A DNA stretch of 64,000 nucleotides from Camelus dromedarius (lineage: Eukaryota), in contig NC_087436.1 in NCBI RefSeq assembly GCF_036321535.1, forward strand, positions 12,958,001 to 13,022,000, written 5' to 3'. The notes under the pieces are model-generated. The model was not told where the DNA came from, searched no databases, and worked only from the letters and a program-made list of their open reading frames with translations. Position numbers and translations under genes: made by a program. Position 1 is the first letter of the stretch, and each line of letters begins with the position of its first letter. Below are positions 11,015 to 24,430 of the stretch, one piece after another.

Positions 11015-13900
11015 AGATTCACGCATTCATTCAGCAAATATTTCTTTATTGAAGCACTACTAGGTTCCCAACTCTATTTGAAGCCTGGAGAGAACAGCGG
11101 GCCCAAGTCCCCTCCTTCAGGGAGCCATTCTAGTGGATGAGAAAGATAATAAAACACCAAAGAATGAGTGCCAGGTAGTGACAAAAGCTGTGAATAGAGT
11201 TCAGGCAGGGTGAGAAGACAGAGTGACAGGTGTGCCCTTTGAGGTGGTCGGGGAAGGTGACATTGATCAGAGACCTGAGTGAGGTGAAGAGCCAGCGGCC
11301 ACGCCCATCTCGGTGGGACTAGTCATCTAGGCAGAAGAGACAGCACGTGCAAACATCCTGAGGCCGGAGCCTGCTGGCTGTGTCTGTGGAAGGACCAGGA
11401 GGTGATGTGGCTGGAGCTGAACGAGGATTGAATTGAATGGTAAGTGTGGAGGAGTTTGGAGAGATGGTCAGGGGCCAGCCAAGGTAGGGCTTCATAGGCT
11501 TGGGAAGGAGTTTGCATTTTATTCTGAGTGTGAACGAGACTGAGTGGAGGCTTTTGAGACCAGCAAAGTAATATGATCTGATTTATCTTTTAAAAGGATT
11601 CCCCCGGCACTATGCGGAGGGATGGTGTGAGATGTAGGTGGGAGGTGGCGGTGGCTCTGCCCAGACTGCTCTCAAGGGAGGCTGAAGTAGAGAGAATTCA
11701 GATTCAGAATATACACTGATTGTATGGAGATTTGCTGATAGGTCAGATGTGTGCAGTACCAGAAAAGCACTCTCCAAGGATTTCGATCTGAGAGATGGGG
11801 TGCATGGAGGTACAAGTGCTAAATTATGAGACCAGAGAGAAGCAGGTTTAGGGGAAGAAGTCAGGAGTTGATCTGGGAGAATGTTAAGTTTGAGATACCT
11901 ACACGATATTGAAGGGCGATGACAACAAGGCACTTGGCACATGATTCTGAGATTCAGGAAAAAGATCAGAGCTGGGGATGTGAATTTGAGGGTCATAAAA
12001 AAAACAGATAATGTTTAAAACTATTAGTCTAGACACAGCATCAGTGTATTTATTTAATAGAGGAGAGCTCTGGAACAGTCTCTCCAGGGAAGGAGAAGTA
12101 TACAAGGAGAGTGAACAGCCAGAAAGGGAGGAGGAAGACCAGGAGAGTGGTATCCTGGAAGCAAAGAGAATGGAATGTTTCAAGAAGGGAGACGTGATAA
12201 ATCTTGTTAGCTGGGAGCTGGACAAAGATGATGGCTAAGAATTGGCCACAAGCAGTGAGCATCTCATTGGTGATCTTGACAAGCAGTTTTAGTAGATCAG
12301 AATATGAAGAGAAGGGGTTAACTACACACGACGATTCCAGGGGCTTTTGCTGTGTAGCAGAACAGGAGAAATGTGGGGTAGCTGCAGGGGAATGTGGTGT
12401 CATTGAAGACTTTGATTGATTGGTTGGTTGATCAGACAGCTTGTTTGTATGCTGAAGGAATGAGCCAGAGAAAAGGGACAATTGGTGATGCTGACCATAC
12501 GGGATAACTGCAGAAGCAGAGTCCTGGATAAGGTGAGAGAGGTTGGGCCCCAGAGCTCTGGTGGGGAAGCAGCAGGAAAGGCATACATGTGTGGGCATGC
12601 GTGCAGAGGGGTTGGGAGTTTGGGGTGGGAGAGTAGAGAGATTCTCTTCTGATTACATTTTATTTTCACAGAGCAACAAGGGAAATGAGAATGAAGGTCG
12701 TTAGCAGGATGCCAGTGGTGGAGGGGAGGAGGCCATTTAAAAAGGGAAGATCTTCAATGGATCTTCGCGGATGGGAATGTCCCTGCAGCAGAGAGATATT
12801 GGATGCCAGGCAGCTCTGATGGCCACTGAGGTGGTGATAACGCATTTTAAAGAAGATGAGGCAGTGTAATTGTGATTGTATTTAGCCATATTGTTCTACA
12901 GAGACATCTGTATCAGGTGGTGTTGGATTTAACCCATTTTGGAACAATGGAATTAAGGGATTGGGCAACAAGGTGTTGGTCCAACAGTCGACTGTGGAAT
13001 CCAAAGGCTGTAAGGAGGGAAGTGAGGGCACAAGGAGGAGGTGGTGGTTGTTGAAAGTGGTTGGAGTAGGGATACTGGAGTGTGCAGGCTGGAGATGGGG
13101 GAGGTGGTGGTCAGAGAAAAGGACAGTTGAAGCAGGGATGTTTGTAGTTGGTGGGATTATTGGCAGTCACAGTGTTGGGATGAGCAGAGGTGTGCGTGGC
13201 TGAGGATGCCTGGAAGACAGGATCTTTGCACATGAGGTGGGCATGGACCCTGGCTTCAGGGTTTTGGATGAGTCATTGGTGCAGAATTCCTAAACTCAGT
13301 CAGACTAGTGACTGAGAGAAAGACAGAACCAGAGCAGAGAAGTTCTAGGAAGAAGGGGGTAGTGGTGTTCACAGATATAGTGGATAATAATCATCAGATG
13401 TGGATCTGGAGACATGTGCCCCAAAGGGACTGCAGGTTTTAAGGGGGAGGAAGAGAAAATAGCCTGGGTGCAGCAAGGAGGGTACGTACCTTACTCCCAG
13501 CCCTAGCCCACTGGGAGTGTGGGACTAAAACAGCTGTCACTCAAGAAGGAGTCGAGGTATGCCATGTATGTCCTGGTGAGGAGGGCATACAGTTTTCCCC
13601 CAAGAAGGTCAAGGGAACATTCAGAGAAGAGAATGAGGGAATAAGGGAAATTCCTGACGACTATGGACTATCCAAGGTCCAGTAGTAGGATGTGGGAGGA
13701 TCCAGGGCATGCAGATCTAAGTCAGTTGGGGGATGCTCAGAGCCATGTAGGGGTAAGGGAGCCTAGGGGTTGAGTCTCTGCCTTCCGCTGGGGATGGAGG
13801 TCAGCAGGATGGAGGCGTGATGATGATGAGCTCCATCCTACAGGTCGTTTAGAGGAGACAGATGATCTGATAATTGTAGCCTCCTCCTTGGGACCCACCA
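11015..13900 (-). mobile_element. L2 LINE, long degenerate copy
   Basis: L2 3' tail (cattcattcagcaaatat) at the left end. ORFs 12050..12598 and 11899..12225 carry decayed L2 reverse transcriptase peptides (KITNEML...SLLETFHSLCFQDTTL). Right boundary uncertain. Confidence 0.75.
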
Positions 13901-14075
13901 TTTAGGCTGTGCCACCAGGCATCCTGAGGTAGGAGGGATAAATAGTGGTCTGAGCCAAAGCACGTAGACTTCTGTAAACTTGCCTCCCCCTCTCCCCAAA
14001 TTCTGTTACTGGTGATAACAAGGCTGAGAGATCACTCACATGAAGAGAATACAAAAATGTCTGGAGTATTCAGGT

Positions 14076-14540
14076 AAGTGGATAAAGAAATTGTGGTATA
14101 TTTATGCAATGGAATACTACTCAGCCATAAAAAGGAATAAAATAATGCCATTTACAGCAACAGGGGTGGACCTGGAGATCATCATTCTAAGTGAAGTAAG
14201 CCAGAAAGAGAAAGAAAAATGCCATATAATGTCACTCATATGAGGAATCTAAAAAAAAGAAAAAAGAAGACACTAATGAACTCATCTACAAAACAGACTC
14301 ACAGGCATAGTAAACGATCTTTGGTTATGGGGGGAGGGGGTGAGAGGGGATAATTGCTATATATAAAAAATAGATAAAAAACAAAATTCCTTCTGTGTAG
14401 CATAGGGAACTATGTTCAATACCTTTAATGAAAAAGAATATGAAAACGAATATACGTATGTTCATGTATGACTGAACCATTATGCTGTACACCAGAAGGA
14501 GACACATTGTAACTGACTACACTTCAGTTAAAAAAAAGAA
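14076..14540 (+). mobile_element. L1 3' end
   Basis: ORF 14040..14243 contains WIKKLWYIYAMEYYSAIKRNKIMPF. Followed by 3' UTR and A tail. Degenerate TSD tctggagtattca/tctggaatattga (14060-14072, 14541-14553). Confidence 0.92.
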
Positions 14541-16604
14541 TCTGGAATATTGAATGAATGTGCTGTGCTTGATGGAGATGTAAAGGCTTCACCTGTCTGC
14601 ACTAGCAGTCAATAAAATTTGCTCATTCACTAGCCCAGTCGTTATCGATCACCAGGTATAAAGAATGAGAAGTGAGGCTCAGTGCCTCCCATTAACATAA
14701 CTCATGAGAATTTCACCCAGATACAACCCGCTGTGGCCATTATTTATGTCCTGTCCTCTCCCCAACCCTTCAAATCACGAGAACTTAATTGTCCATACTT
14801 GGGTATTTATGTCTGTTAATAAAGAACTGTTTTCTTATAAAATAAAAAATTCTTTGTAAATAAACAGTGAAACTTTCAAATAGAAGACGAAATGTGACAG
14901 CCTAATAAAGAATGATTCTTTCAGTACAAATTTTAAAATTTGAAAACAAATCAAGTTGTGCTAACTGATAAATGCATTTACAGTTTTGTTTTTTTTTTTA
15001 ATCTGGAGAAAGGATGTTCTGCTACAAAGGAGTTTAAAAAATAAAAATAAGAAAGAACTTCTCTGAAAATTTTTATATGCATCATATTGTTTGCCAGTGA
15101 CCATCACAGCAAGTACAGAGAGCTTCACCACTTTTGAGCTTACTTTCAATTTATGGTATATGTTTTGGACTTTGTGTGGTTTTAAAAGTGAACTTTACAT
15201 ATATTAAAAACTTACATATATTAAGTAACCTGGGAAAAATACAGAAAAGCATTCATGATATTTAGTCAATTCGTGAATTATCATAATCTCGTTGTTTCCA
15301 AAACAGCTGATTCAGAGTCTCATCTTTTGGGTTCTCAGAACATCAGCAGGTTACTACAGTTGATGCAGAAATCTTTTGAACGTTCCATGTTATCATACTG
15401 AAGAAATCTTGGCTAAAGTTTTAAAATACGATCAAACCGATTTCCATTCAGCTTTTAAGTCACTGAGGATTTCCACTCTATTTTAGTACATGGTTCCAAC
15501 AATGACTTAGCACCTTTTCTTTTAAAAACACCCTAATATTAAAGGACTGTCAGAGCTGCAATGCCTCTTTATTTTTGCCCTTGCCCGCAGAAGTGTGAGT
15601 CATTTTTCTGAAATCCTGCAAAAAGTTCAAAGAGACTTCATAGTAATTCTCAACTGGTAATATATATGTGTGCATTTTGTCCATTATAACTCCAGGCTAC
15701 CCATGCTTTTTCCCTAATGACATAGGGAGTAATAAACACGTGTAAGACGTTATTTGGTGAACCAAAGAAAGTCTGAATTATGTGTCATGTACAGGGTTCA
15801 ACTGTGATTTTTTAAAAATACCTGTCTTTGTATCCTCTTTATACTGTCGTCTTTTGTTTTATAGCTTCTCGGCCTGTAGGAATAAGGAACGCAAGACGTA
15901 ACTGTTTCTGGACGAGTAATAGGATGATTTGTGATTTCTGTGTCTCAGAATACAAATATGTTTAATCATTCATAGCATTTCATCTAGTCCTTACATCTTT
16001 AACAGAGGTGATAATTGGTTTTGCCCAAAAAGGCAAAAATTGGTTTGGGGGGAGTAAAAACAATGACAGTTGTTTTGGTCCCCCAGAGGGTCACTGTATG
16101 TTAGTAGAGTTACAGTGTATCTGTACATTTCATGTAGAGAGGGCTTAGAAGAAAATGCAAAAAAAAAAAGCTCCTTTAAAGGGACAATAATTTTTTGAAA
16201 AGGTTGAGAAACTCTAATTTCGTCTTTGGAAATGGAAGCTCAGCACCAAAATAAAATGAGGACCACCGGCATGATACTGTAGATGGATTTTGAAAATAAA
16301 TTACAATTGCCTATTTCTCAGGTGAAATTTCATTTGCTTGCTAACCATCGATCTCTCACCGGGGTTTCAGTACATCAGTCTGTTAGTAAGTGGTGCTGGC
16401 TGGTTTCCTCCAGGACTGTCTTGTAGGGGAAAGAAGACAGGGGAAGGAAAGCACTTGGCATGGAACTCCCTGAAGTGCGAGCGTAGACATCTGTGGGATC
16501 ACAAAGGAAGGACTAGTTAGCTTTGCCGGAAGGTGGTTAGGAAACAACTCAACTTGGAGGGGAAACAATTATGTCTTTATTTGTCAGTTAACTCCATCTG
16601 AAAT

Positions 16605-16810
16605 TCACTGTTTCCCTCAACAATGATGTGGCAAAGCACAGTAGAATTAGTGGTGTATGGACTTTGTTACCAATAGATGTAGTAATTTTCATAGCACATT
16701 ATCATCGCCGATATCTTGAAATATTGTTTATGGTCATAACTTCTTGGAAATTACAATATTGCTAGACCTACCTCTAGATTTCATTATTATTATGTTCATA
16801 AAGTACGTAT
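16605..16810. mobile_element. hAT-Charlie DNA transposon relic (MER113-like)
   Basis: atatcttgaaatattgtttatggtcataacttcttggaaattac...tagacctacctctagat resembles MER113 as I recall it. Confidence 0.5.
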
Positions 16811-16859
16811 TTTGTAAATCTCACACTTAACCATATAAAAATTCAAAATGTCTATTTAA

Positions 16860-18190
16860 CAAGGGCACCACAAAATTGTAAGGAAAATTATAGCATAGGA
16901 TGCATACATAACAGACAATAAATGCATATTCATAACAGAAATAGAGCTCCTACAGCAGATTCATGGGATTAAGGAGAAAATTCATGGCTTATCAAAGAAG
17001 TGGCAAGACAAGTTATAGAAGAAAATATTGATGTAGCTAATGCGAATATAAAAATATATCTCAGGTCCTCAGGGAAATATGAATTTCAGAAGCAATTACT
17101 TAACAATACTTTGGAAAACTGCCAAAAACTGAGAGTGAAAATGTAAGTATAAAGGGTGTCAGAAAATGGACCCTTTCATAACGTTGATACAAAGTGGTAA
17201 ATCCTTTTTTTCAGGGCACTTTGATGGTAGCTTTCAGTATTTAAAAATGCTTATTACTGTTGATCCAGAAATGCCATCTTCAGAAATTTCTACTACGAAA
17301 ATCCCAGCATATATGCACAGAGGTGCATGTACAAGTGTTTGGCAAAGCAGCGTTTTCATTGTGAAAAACCAGAAGTGACTTAAGTTCCGTGACTGGGGAA
17401 ATGTACACATTGTCAAATTCATATACTGATGTCATACGCAGCTTTGCATGGATATAGCTATACCTACTGACATGGAAACTCTTCTAAGATATTGCTGTAG
17501 GAAAAGTCATAGGGAAAATATGTAGTATAATCTTGTTTATGTAAAACATCAAAAAGCCAAAAACTCAACAAAATCCAGAGAGCATGGAAAATTGTCTTGA
17601 TGGATCCAAGCCCAGCTCTTCATAGACATTTCTGCTGATGGGAGGAGTCAGGGTTGGCAAGATGAGTGATGAGAGATTTTGTTTTTACTCTTCTGTAACA
17701 TTTGACCTTTTTATTCATGTATTACTGCACAATTAAGTAAAAAAGGTTCTAGAAAATTATTGCCTTTACAGTGACAACAGATGTATATATGACTTAGGAA
17801 TAAATCCACCGAGAACTGTGCAGGACTTGTGGAAAGAGGCTATTAAATTATATTGAGGTATATAAAAGAAAACCCAAGTAAATGGAGAGGTGTACCATGT
17901 CCTGGACTTGAATATTTCAAAATAAACTTATAGATTTTAGTGCAAATCTAGTCAAAACCCCTGGGAAATTAAACTTGACAAAATGATCCTAAAATTCTTC
18001 TGCAAGAATAAAAAAAAAACATAGGCAAGAATAGCGAAGGAAATCTTGAAGAAGAATAATGAGCATGTGCCTGGGCAGCCAGATAGTAAAGAGTATTCTA
18101 AAATTTAAATAATGGAAATAGTGAGTACTTGGCTCATGATCAGACAATAGGATCCATGTAATGGAATGGAAAGCCAGAAAGTAGTTGGCT
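16860..18190 (+). mobile_element. Old L1M (L1ME/MC-like) fragments
   Basis: A-rich decayed ORF2 and 3' sequence (gacttaggaataaatc...aaaacccaagtaaatggagagg...; ORF 17166..17378 TVDPEMPSSEIS). Confidence 0.55.
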
Positions 18191-18559
18191 ATCCACTCCA
18201 ATCTCTTGGAAATAGACTGGCAGTTATCTACCAGAGACTCACAGTTAGCCTGCCAGGCTCTTCATCATCACCCACAGTGGTCCATAGCCCGCCTTGACTG
18301 ATACCCGCTCTTCCCCCTGCACCTTGTACTAATTCAGTGTTTGGCACTATATTAGGCATGGCTGGCCAAGGATGACCATGTGATTGGGTTTACCTGACAA
18401 GGTGATTTTACGGGCAAATGTCTTGTTACTGTAGTCTCCTTGGGGAGGGTGATATGGGCGCCTGCCTGGGGGGATGTTGGTGTGCAGAGGGACTGAGGAG
18501 GGTCATTTTTGAAATAAAATTTGAATCGCTTATAACCCTTAAGAAAAAAAGGATATGGG

Positions 18560-18970
18560 TTTTTTTATTTTTTATTTTATTATTTTGTATTGAAGTAGAG
18601 TTGATTTATATTATTATATTAGTTTCAGGTATACAACATGGTGGTTCAACATTGTTATAGATTATACTCCATTTAAAATTATTACATAGTAGTTTGTGTC
18701 TCTTAATCCCATTCCTCGACCTTGTCCCTCCCCCTTTCCCTCTCGCCACTGGTAATCACTAGTTTGTTCTCTACATCTGTGTCTGGTTGTCTGGTTTTTT
18801 TGTTGTTATATACATTCATTTGTTTTCTTTTTCAGATTCCACATGTAAGTGAAAACACACAGTCTTTGTCTCTCTCTTTCTGACTTTACTTAGTATGATA
18901 ATCTCTAGGCCCATCCATGTGGTTACAAATGGCAGAATTTCATTCTTTTTATGGCTGAGTTATATTCCAC

Positions 18971-19004
<34 letters not shown>

Positions 19005-20225
19005 CACACACCCCACATATTTATCCATTCATCTGTTTTTTTGGGGGGGTTGCTATCCCTTTATTTTTTAACATTTTTTATTGGTTTATAGTAATTTTAC
19101 AATATTGTGTCAAATTCCAGTGTAGAGCACAATTTTTCAATTATGCATGAACATATATATATTCATTGTCACATTTTTTTCTCTGTGAGCTACCATAAGA
19201 TCTTGTATATATTTCCCTGTGCTACACAGTATAATCTAGTTTATCTATTCTACATTTTGAAATCCCAGTCTATCCCTTCCCACCCCCCGCCCCCTTGGCA
19301 ACCACCAGTTTGTATTCTATGTCTATGAGTCTGTTTCTGTTTTATATTTATGCTTTGTTTGTTTTGTTTCCATTCATCTGTTTTGGGGCACTTAGGTTGC
19401 TTCCGTATCTTGGCTATTGTAAATAATGTTGCAGTGAACATTGAGGTGTGTATATCTTTTCAATTAGTGTTCTAGTTTTCTTCAGATAAATACCCAGAAG
19501 TGGAATTGCTGGATCATAAAGTTCTATTTGCAGTTTTTTGAGGAAACACCATACTATTTTCCATAGTGGTTGCACCAGTTTACAGTCCCACTAACAGTGC
19601 ATGAGGATCCTTCCCCCCTTTTTTTACATACTCACCAATACTTGTTATTTATTGTCTTTTTGATAATAGTCTTTCTGACAGGTGTGAGGTGATCTCTCGT
19701 TGACGTTTTTATTTGCATGTCCCTGATGATTAGTGATGCTGAGCATCTTTTCATGTGTCTGATGGCCGTCTATATCTCTTCTTCAGAAAAGTATCTGTTC
19801 AGGTCCTCTGCTCATTTTTAAATCAGACTTTTTTTGCTATTGAGTTGTATGAGTTCTTTGTATATTTTGGGTATTAACCCCTTATTGAACATACCATTTG
19901 CAAATATCCTCTTCCATTCAGTAGGTTTCCTTTTTGTTTTGTTGATGGCTTCCTTCACTGGGCAAAAGCTTTTTCATTTGATATAGTTCCTTTTGTTTAG
20001 TTTTGCTTTTGTTTCCTTTGAGGAGACAGATTAAAAAATATTGCTAAGACAAATGTCAAAGAGTGTTTCCTTCTAGTTTTATGGTTTCAGATTTTACATT
20101 TAAGTCTAATGAATTTGAGTTCATTTTTGCATATGGTGTTAGAAAATGATCTAGTATCATTCTTTTATATGTAGCTGTCCAGTTTTCTCAACACCATTTA
20201 TTAAAGAGACTGTCTTTTCCCCATT
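18560..20225 (-). mobile_element. L1 (L1MA-like) 3' ~1.3 kb, interrupted by a younger L1 fragment
   Basis: Antisense L1 ORF2 and 3' UTR (gctgagcatcttttcatgtgtctg, agttttctcaacaccatttattaaagagactgtc). (TG)n at ~18973-19000. Confidence 0.9.
19040..19368 (-). mobile_element. Young camelid L1 3' UTR nested in older L1
   Basis: Closely similar to the 3' UTR at 47220-47520. Flanked by the 16-bp direct repeat TCCATTCATCTGTTTT (19024-19039, 19369-19384). Confidence 0.9.
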
Positions 20226-20229
20226 AACT

Positions 20230-20400
20230 TTACTCTTAATAGAGACACCAGTCATTGGATTTACGGTCCACCTAATTGAACATGACCTCATCTTAACTTG
20301 GTTACATCTGCAAAGACCCTATTTCCAAATAAGGTTTTATTCACAGGTACCAGAGGTTGGGATCTGAACATATCTTTTGGGGAGACACATTCAAACCACA
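20230..20400 (-). mobile_element. MaLR LTR fragment (MLT1)
   Basis: gacctcatcttaacttggttacatctgcaaagaccctatttccaaataagg...cattcaaaccaca. Confidence 0.8.
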
Positions 20401-20499
20401 GTTAGGAATCCGTTACTGGGTTACTGGAACTGAGGGAGAGAGGGAGGAAGAGAGAGAGAGACAGAGAGACAGAGAGAGAGAGGTGGGACCAGAGAGCTG

Positions 20500-20790
20500 T
20501 GTGGAGGCCTGTCACTCTCTCCCTCTAACCTCCTACTCTGCCTCCTATTGGCTAAGCTTACTGAAAGCCCAGAGAGCACGGGAGCCTCAGGACGTCATCC
20601 ATGCAAGGTGAGCCTCAGGGGAGGGTATAGCTCAGTGGTAGAGTGCCTGCTTTGCATGCTTGAGGCCCTGGGTTCAATCCCCAGCACCTACCACTAAAAA
20701 CTAACAAACATACAAAGTGAGCCTTGAAGGGCACAAAACAAGGTGGACGAGGGCTGAGACAGGCTTAGGGGCACAGCTGTTGGACTGATT
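20500..20790 (-). mobile_element. ERVL LTR fragment (LTR33-like), interrupted by a SINE
   Basis: Similar to 34960-35090 (cctattggctaag...gggagcc...gtcatccatgcaaggtgagcc...gggcaca). Confidence 0.5.
20618..20716 (+). mobile_element. tRNA-derived camelid SINE
   Basis: ggggagggtatagctcagtggtagagtgcc...gggttcaatccccagcacc with an A-rich tail. TSD GTGAGCCT (20608-20615, 20717-20724). Confidence 0.93.
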
Positions 20791-20935
20791 GAAGCTTCTA
20801 CTCTCTCTCTCACACTCATTCAGTAACTACCCTGATTATCCTGAAGTTTTATTCTCCATACCTATTCTTCTTTTTTATTATCAAGCTATTTAATTCATTC
20901 ATTCATTCATTCATTTTACTGTTTTTCTTTTCACT

Positions 20936-21348
20936 TCTGAGTGAAGTAAGCCAGAAGGGGAAGGAAAATACCATATGATATCACTCATACGTGGAATCTA
21001 AAAAAACCCCAAAAACCCCAAAATGAGTTTATTTGCAAAACAGAAACAGAATCACAGACATAGAAAACAAACTTATGGTTACCAGGGGGAAAAGGGGATG
21101 GGAAGGGATAAATTGGGAGTTTGAGATTTAGATACTAACTACTAACTACTACATATAAAATAGATAAACAAGTTTATACTGTACAGCACAGGGAACTATA
21201 TTTAATATCTCTTGTAGTAACCTATAATGAAAAAGAATATGAAAATGAATATATGTATGTATATGTATGACTGAAACATGATGCTGTACACCAGAAATTG
21301 ACACAACATTGTAAACTGACTGCACTACAATAAGTAATTAAAAAAGAA
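20936..21348 (+). mobile_element. L1 3' end
   Basis: gagtgaagtaagccagaag...atatcactcatacgtggaatcta, followed by the L1 3' UTR and an A-rich tail. Confidence 0.92.
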
Positions 21349-22249
21349 GCGTAAGCACATACCTGTTCTTTCAGTGGCCACCTTCCCTTCTTTATGAAAT
21401 AATAAAATAAGTAACCAAAAATACATGTTCAGACTCAAAAAGAACACCCTCTTCTCTGTGGAACGAATAAAGAACAGTAATTGAAGTCAAAGACCTAGGG
21501 TTGTTGGGCGTTGGTTCTGCAATGATCTGGAAGCAGGATGTGGTGGCTAGGAGTCCAGCTTCCGCAGATAAAGAGGACTGATGGCTGGGGCAGCCTGGGG
21601 ACTCAGAGAGAGTCAGCTGACCAAAAATGGAACCAAGCTTCCTGTGGCCTTTGAGGCTGGACTGTGATATCTCAGTGTCCTCATGGGTCAGGAGCCTTGA
21701 AACGCCATGACAAATCCTGGAAGAAACTTAGATAATCAATGTTACTGACTGCATTGAAAGTTCAAGAAGATATGTCATCTAGTTAATAGATGACTTCTCT
21801 TCACTGTACGAGGTTAACATAAACGCTCAGAAGCATTCCTAGATACCAGTAATAAGCAGTGAGAAATTGTAAGAGAAGGTAACTAACCTTTTCACAAAAT
21901 ACTAGATGTCCAAGACATTTTCTGAGAAAAGTTCTAACTGGTATTAAACGATACCAGTTGAACAAGCATAACTTATGATATAATCAACTTTAATTTTGTC
22001 TCTTATCTTCACCTTAAAATGTATCCAGAAAAGGGTATTGTTTCCACATCTGGGTAGCAACTTGAGCAGTCAGTCTTTTGTCATTACTCTCACATCTCCA
22101 GGTCTTGTGTTCTCTTTAAGTTACGCACACAGTCTTATTTCAGTAAATAAAACACCCAACCCCCATCATGGCCAAAACTCAAAATGTAATTTTGTGTTAA
22201 ATCTCTCCCCACACTCTAGCTGTGGTCTGTTCACTCTTTTTCTTTTTCC

Positions 22250-23000
22250 ATATTGTAAAGATGTTAATGCTCCCTGTAGATTCTATGCAATCCCAGTAAA
22301 AATCCCAGAGGGTTCTTTTGGGTGGAGTTTGAGCAGCTGGCTCTGAAGTGTTTGAAGAGGACCAAGATTAACTGACGCACTTTTTTTTTTTTAAAAAAAA
22401 AAAGCCTTTATTGTGGTATGATTCATGTACAGTAAACTACACATATTTCAGATGTACAATTTGATGAATTTTGATAGATGTGTACACCAGTGAACCACAC
22501 CACAATCAAGATAGCTCACATTTTCCATCACTTCCATCACTGTTTTGAACTCCCAATTTATCCGTCCCCACCCCCTTTACCTCCTGGTAACCGTAAGTTT
22601 GTTCTCTATGTCTGTGAGTCTATTTCTGTTTTGTAGATAAGTTCATTTGTGTCCCCGTTTATTTAGATTCCACATATAAGCGATATCATACGGTATTTTT
22701 ATTTCTAACTGAGGTACTTTTGAAAAAGAACAAGGTCAGGGGACTTGAGCTACCAGGAAAGAAGACTTATCATTAAAGCGTAGTAATTAGGATAGTGCCT
22801 AATGTGGGAATGGTGTGGGAATGGACAGATTAATCTGTGGAAGAGAAGGGAGCCCAGAAACAGACTCACGCAAAGGGACACTTGATCTATTTCAGAAGTG
22901 GCACTGCAGAACCATAGGGTAAGATGGTCTTTTTCTTTAAATGCTGCTGGGGCAATTGGAAATTTATAGAGAAAAAGTGAAATCGAATCCCCAAAAGCAG
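22250..23000 (+). mobile_element. Old L1M ORF2 fragment, interrupted at 22385-22705
   Basis: agattctatgcaatcccagtaaaaatccca...ttgaaaaagaacaagg...ggaatggacagattaatctgtggaagaga. Confidence 0.65.
22385..22705 (-). mobile_element. Composite L1 insertion (young 3' UTR plus older L1M 3' terminus)
   Basis: 22545-22705 matches the young L1 3' UTR (compare 952-1100). 22405-22540 is an L1MB/MC-like terminus. TSD taactgacgcactttt/taactgaggtactttt. Confidence 0.75.
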
Positions 23001-23689
23001 CTGTGCGAGATGGTGCTGCAATTGGATCCCTAAGAAGTGTTGTTTTAGATGATACAAGGAAACTACAATAGATGCCGCAAGACACAACTCCTGCTTGGAT
23101 GTAAAAAGATCCGTAATTCAGGCTGTAGCTGGGAGAACAGGCCCAAGAATTTATACAACACCCTCTGCTCTGCAGAAGAGACTGTCAGACTATAGTTAAC
23201 TCCTTATCCTGCGGGATTAGTCCTCAGGAAGGATCTTCTGAGGTCACATCTTACTTTTATTCTGCCTGGAATCTCCAAGTCTGATCAGAAACCTCAGAGG
23301 GACACGGAGACAGACTGCTGGAGAGTGCTTTCGAATTTGTGACCCTGTCCAGGCTTGAAACAAATGTCCCTTGCTCCTTCGCTCTTTGAATCTGAGCCTG
23401 TCATGAGTTCTCAGGTGAACCTTGAAAGGTTTTCATGACCTTAGGGTATGGCCCAATATTTCAGTGGCATAAATGTGGCTAGTGTGATAAAGAACCTTCC
23501 ATAAGTTGATTGGATGCACGGGCTGGACTCCCACTGTGCCCTATACGTGTGCGCTAAGCCATTCTTTCCTGCTTATGGAGTAGTGAATATGTATGCATCT
23601 TGCCTCTTCCATTCGATTCCAAAGTGCTCAAGACAGTGACCGTGGCTTATCTGAGGGCACCTACATTCTTATTGTTACCGCATTATCAT

Positions 23690-23930
23690 AATCATGACTG
23701 ACGTTTATACTTAATATGTGCGAAGCCCTCTGGTAGGTACTTTATATTATCAGAAGTATTCCCAAGACACGCACCACGAGGTGTGTAACTCTTAGGATCC
23801 CTATTTTTGCGGAAGTAGAAATGAAGGCACAGGGTGTGAAGTGATTTACTGGAGCTCTCACAGCTAATAAGGAGCAGGGCTCGGGGACAAGCCTAAGGGA
23901 ATCCTAGTCTAAAGTCTTGGCTACTCCCTA
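23690..23930 (-). mobile_element. MIR SINE
   Basis: ccctatttttgcggaagtagaaatgaaggcacagggtgtgaagtgattt...cacagctaataag. Confidence 0.65.
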
Positions 23931-23959
23931 CTGTATAATGGTTTTTATTATAGACAGAA

Positions 23960-24430
23960 GAAATTGATTAAGAGAAGTTTGAAGTTCTGAAGTGATATGG
24001 CAACAGAAACCGACCTTGGCTGACTTAAGGAGGAAACAAATTCTTGGAAGGATATTGGACAGTTTGAAAAATTGATCCCAAGTCTAGGAAACTAGGCTAG
24101 GTGTGTGGGCAGACACCCAGAGGAGTGGGGTCACGTTGCAGGAGTGATGTGCTGAATCTGCTGCTGCTGGGTGCCACTGTGAAGGCCGAGTTCTGCACTG
24201 TTCCTTTGTTCCTGCTGCACTTGCTCAAAAGTTTGTTTGCTTGTGAAAACTTCCATCTGGCCAAGTCTCGGACACCTGTGCGCACTCCATTTGCCAAGGG
24301 TGAGGGGAGGGAGTACGTGATCTCCTTTGGCTTGTGCAATGAGAAGTAGGACCTGGCTCCCCGTCAAAATGCACAAACTGAAAGCTTCCCCATAGGAGGA
24401 AGCGGGGGTCAGATGTTGCACAGCCGAACA
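23960..24430 (-). mobile_element. Old MaLR LTR (MLT1J/K/L-like)
   Basis: gcaacagaaaccgaccttggctgacttaag...ttggaaggatattgg resembles old MLT1 ends. Confidence 0.5.

Noticed and set aside
12050..12598. 182-aa ORF
   Set aside because: Decayed L2 reverse transcriptase sequence with frame switches.
15864..15912. Possible plus-strand small exon after ttttgttttatag (similar candidate at ~10705-10768)
   Set aside because: Acceptor-like only; donors are weak and no peptide is recognisable.
20618..20690. tRNA-like sequences with A/B boxes (also ~3000, 3310, 5195, 29490, 44905, 58050)
   Set aside because: Multiple diverged copies with A-rich tails and TSDs identify them as SINEs, not tRNA genes.
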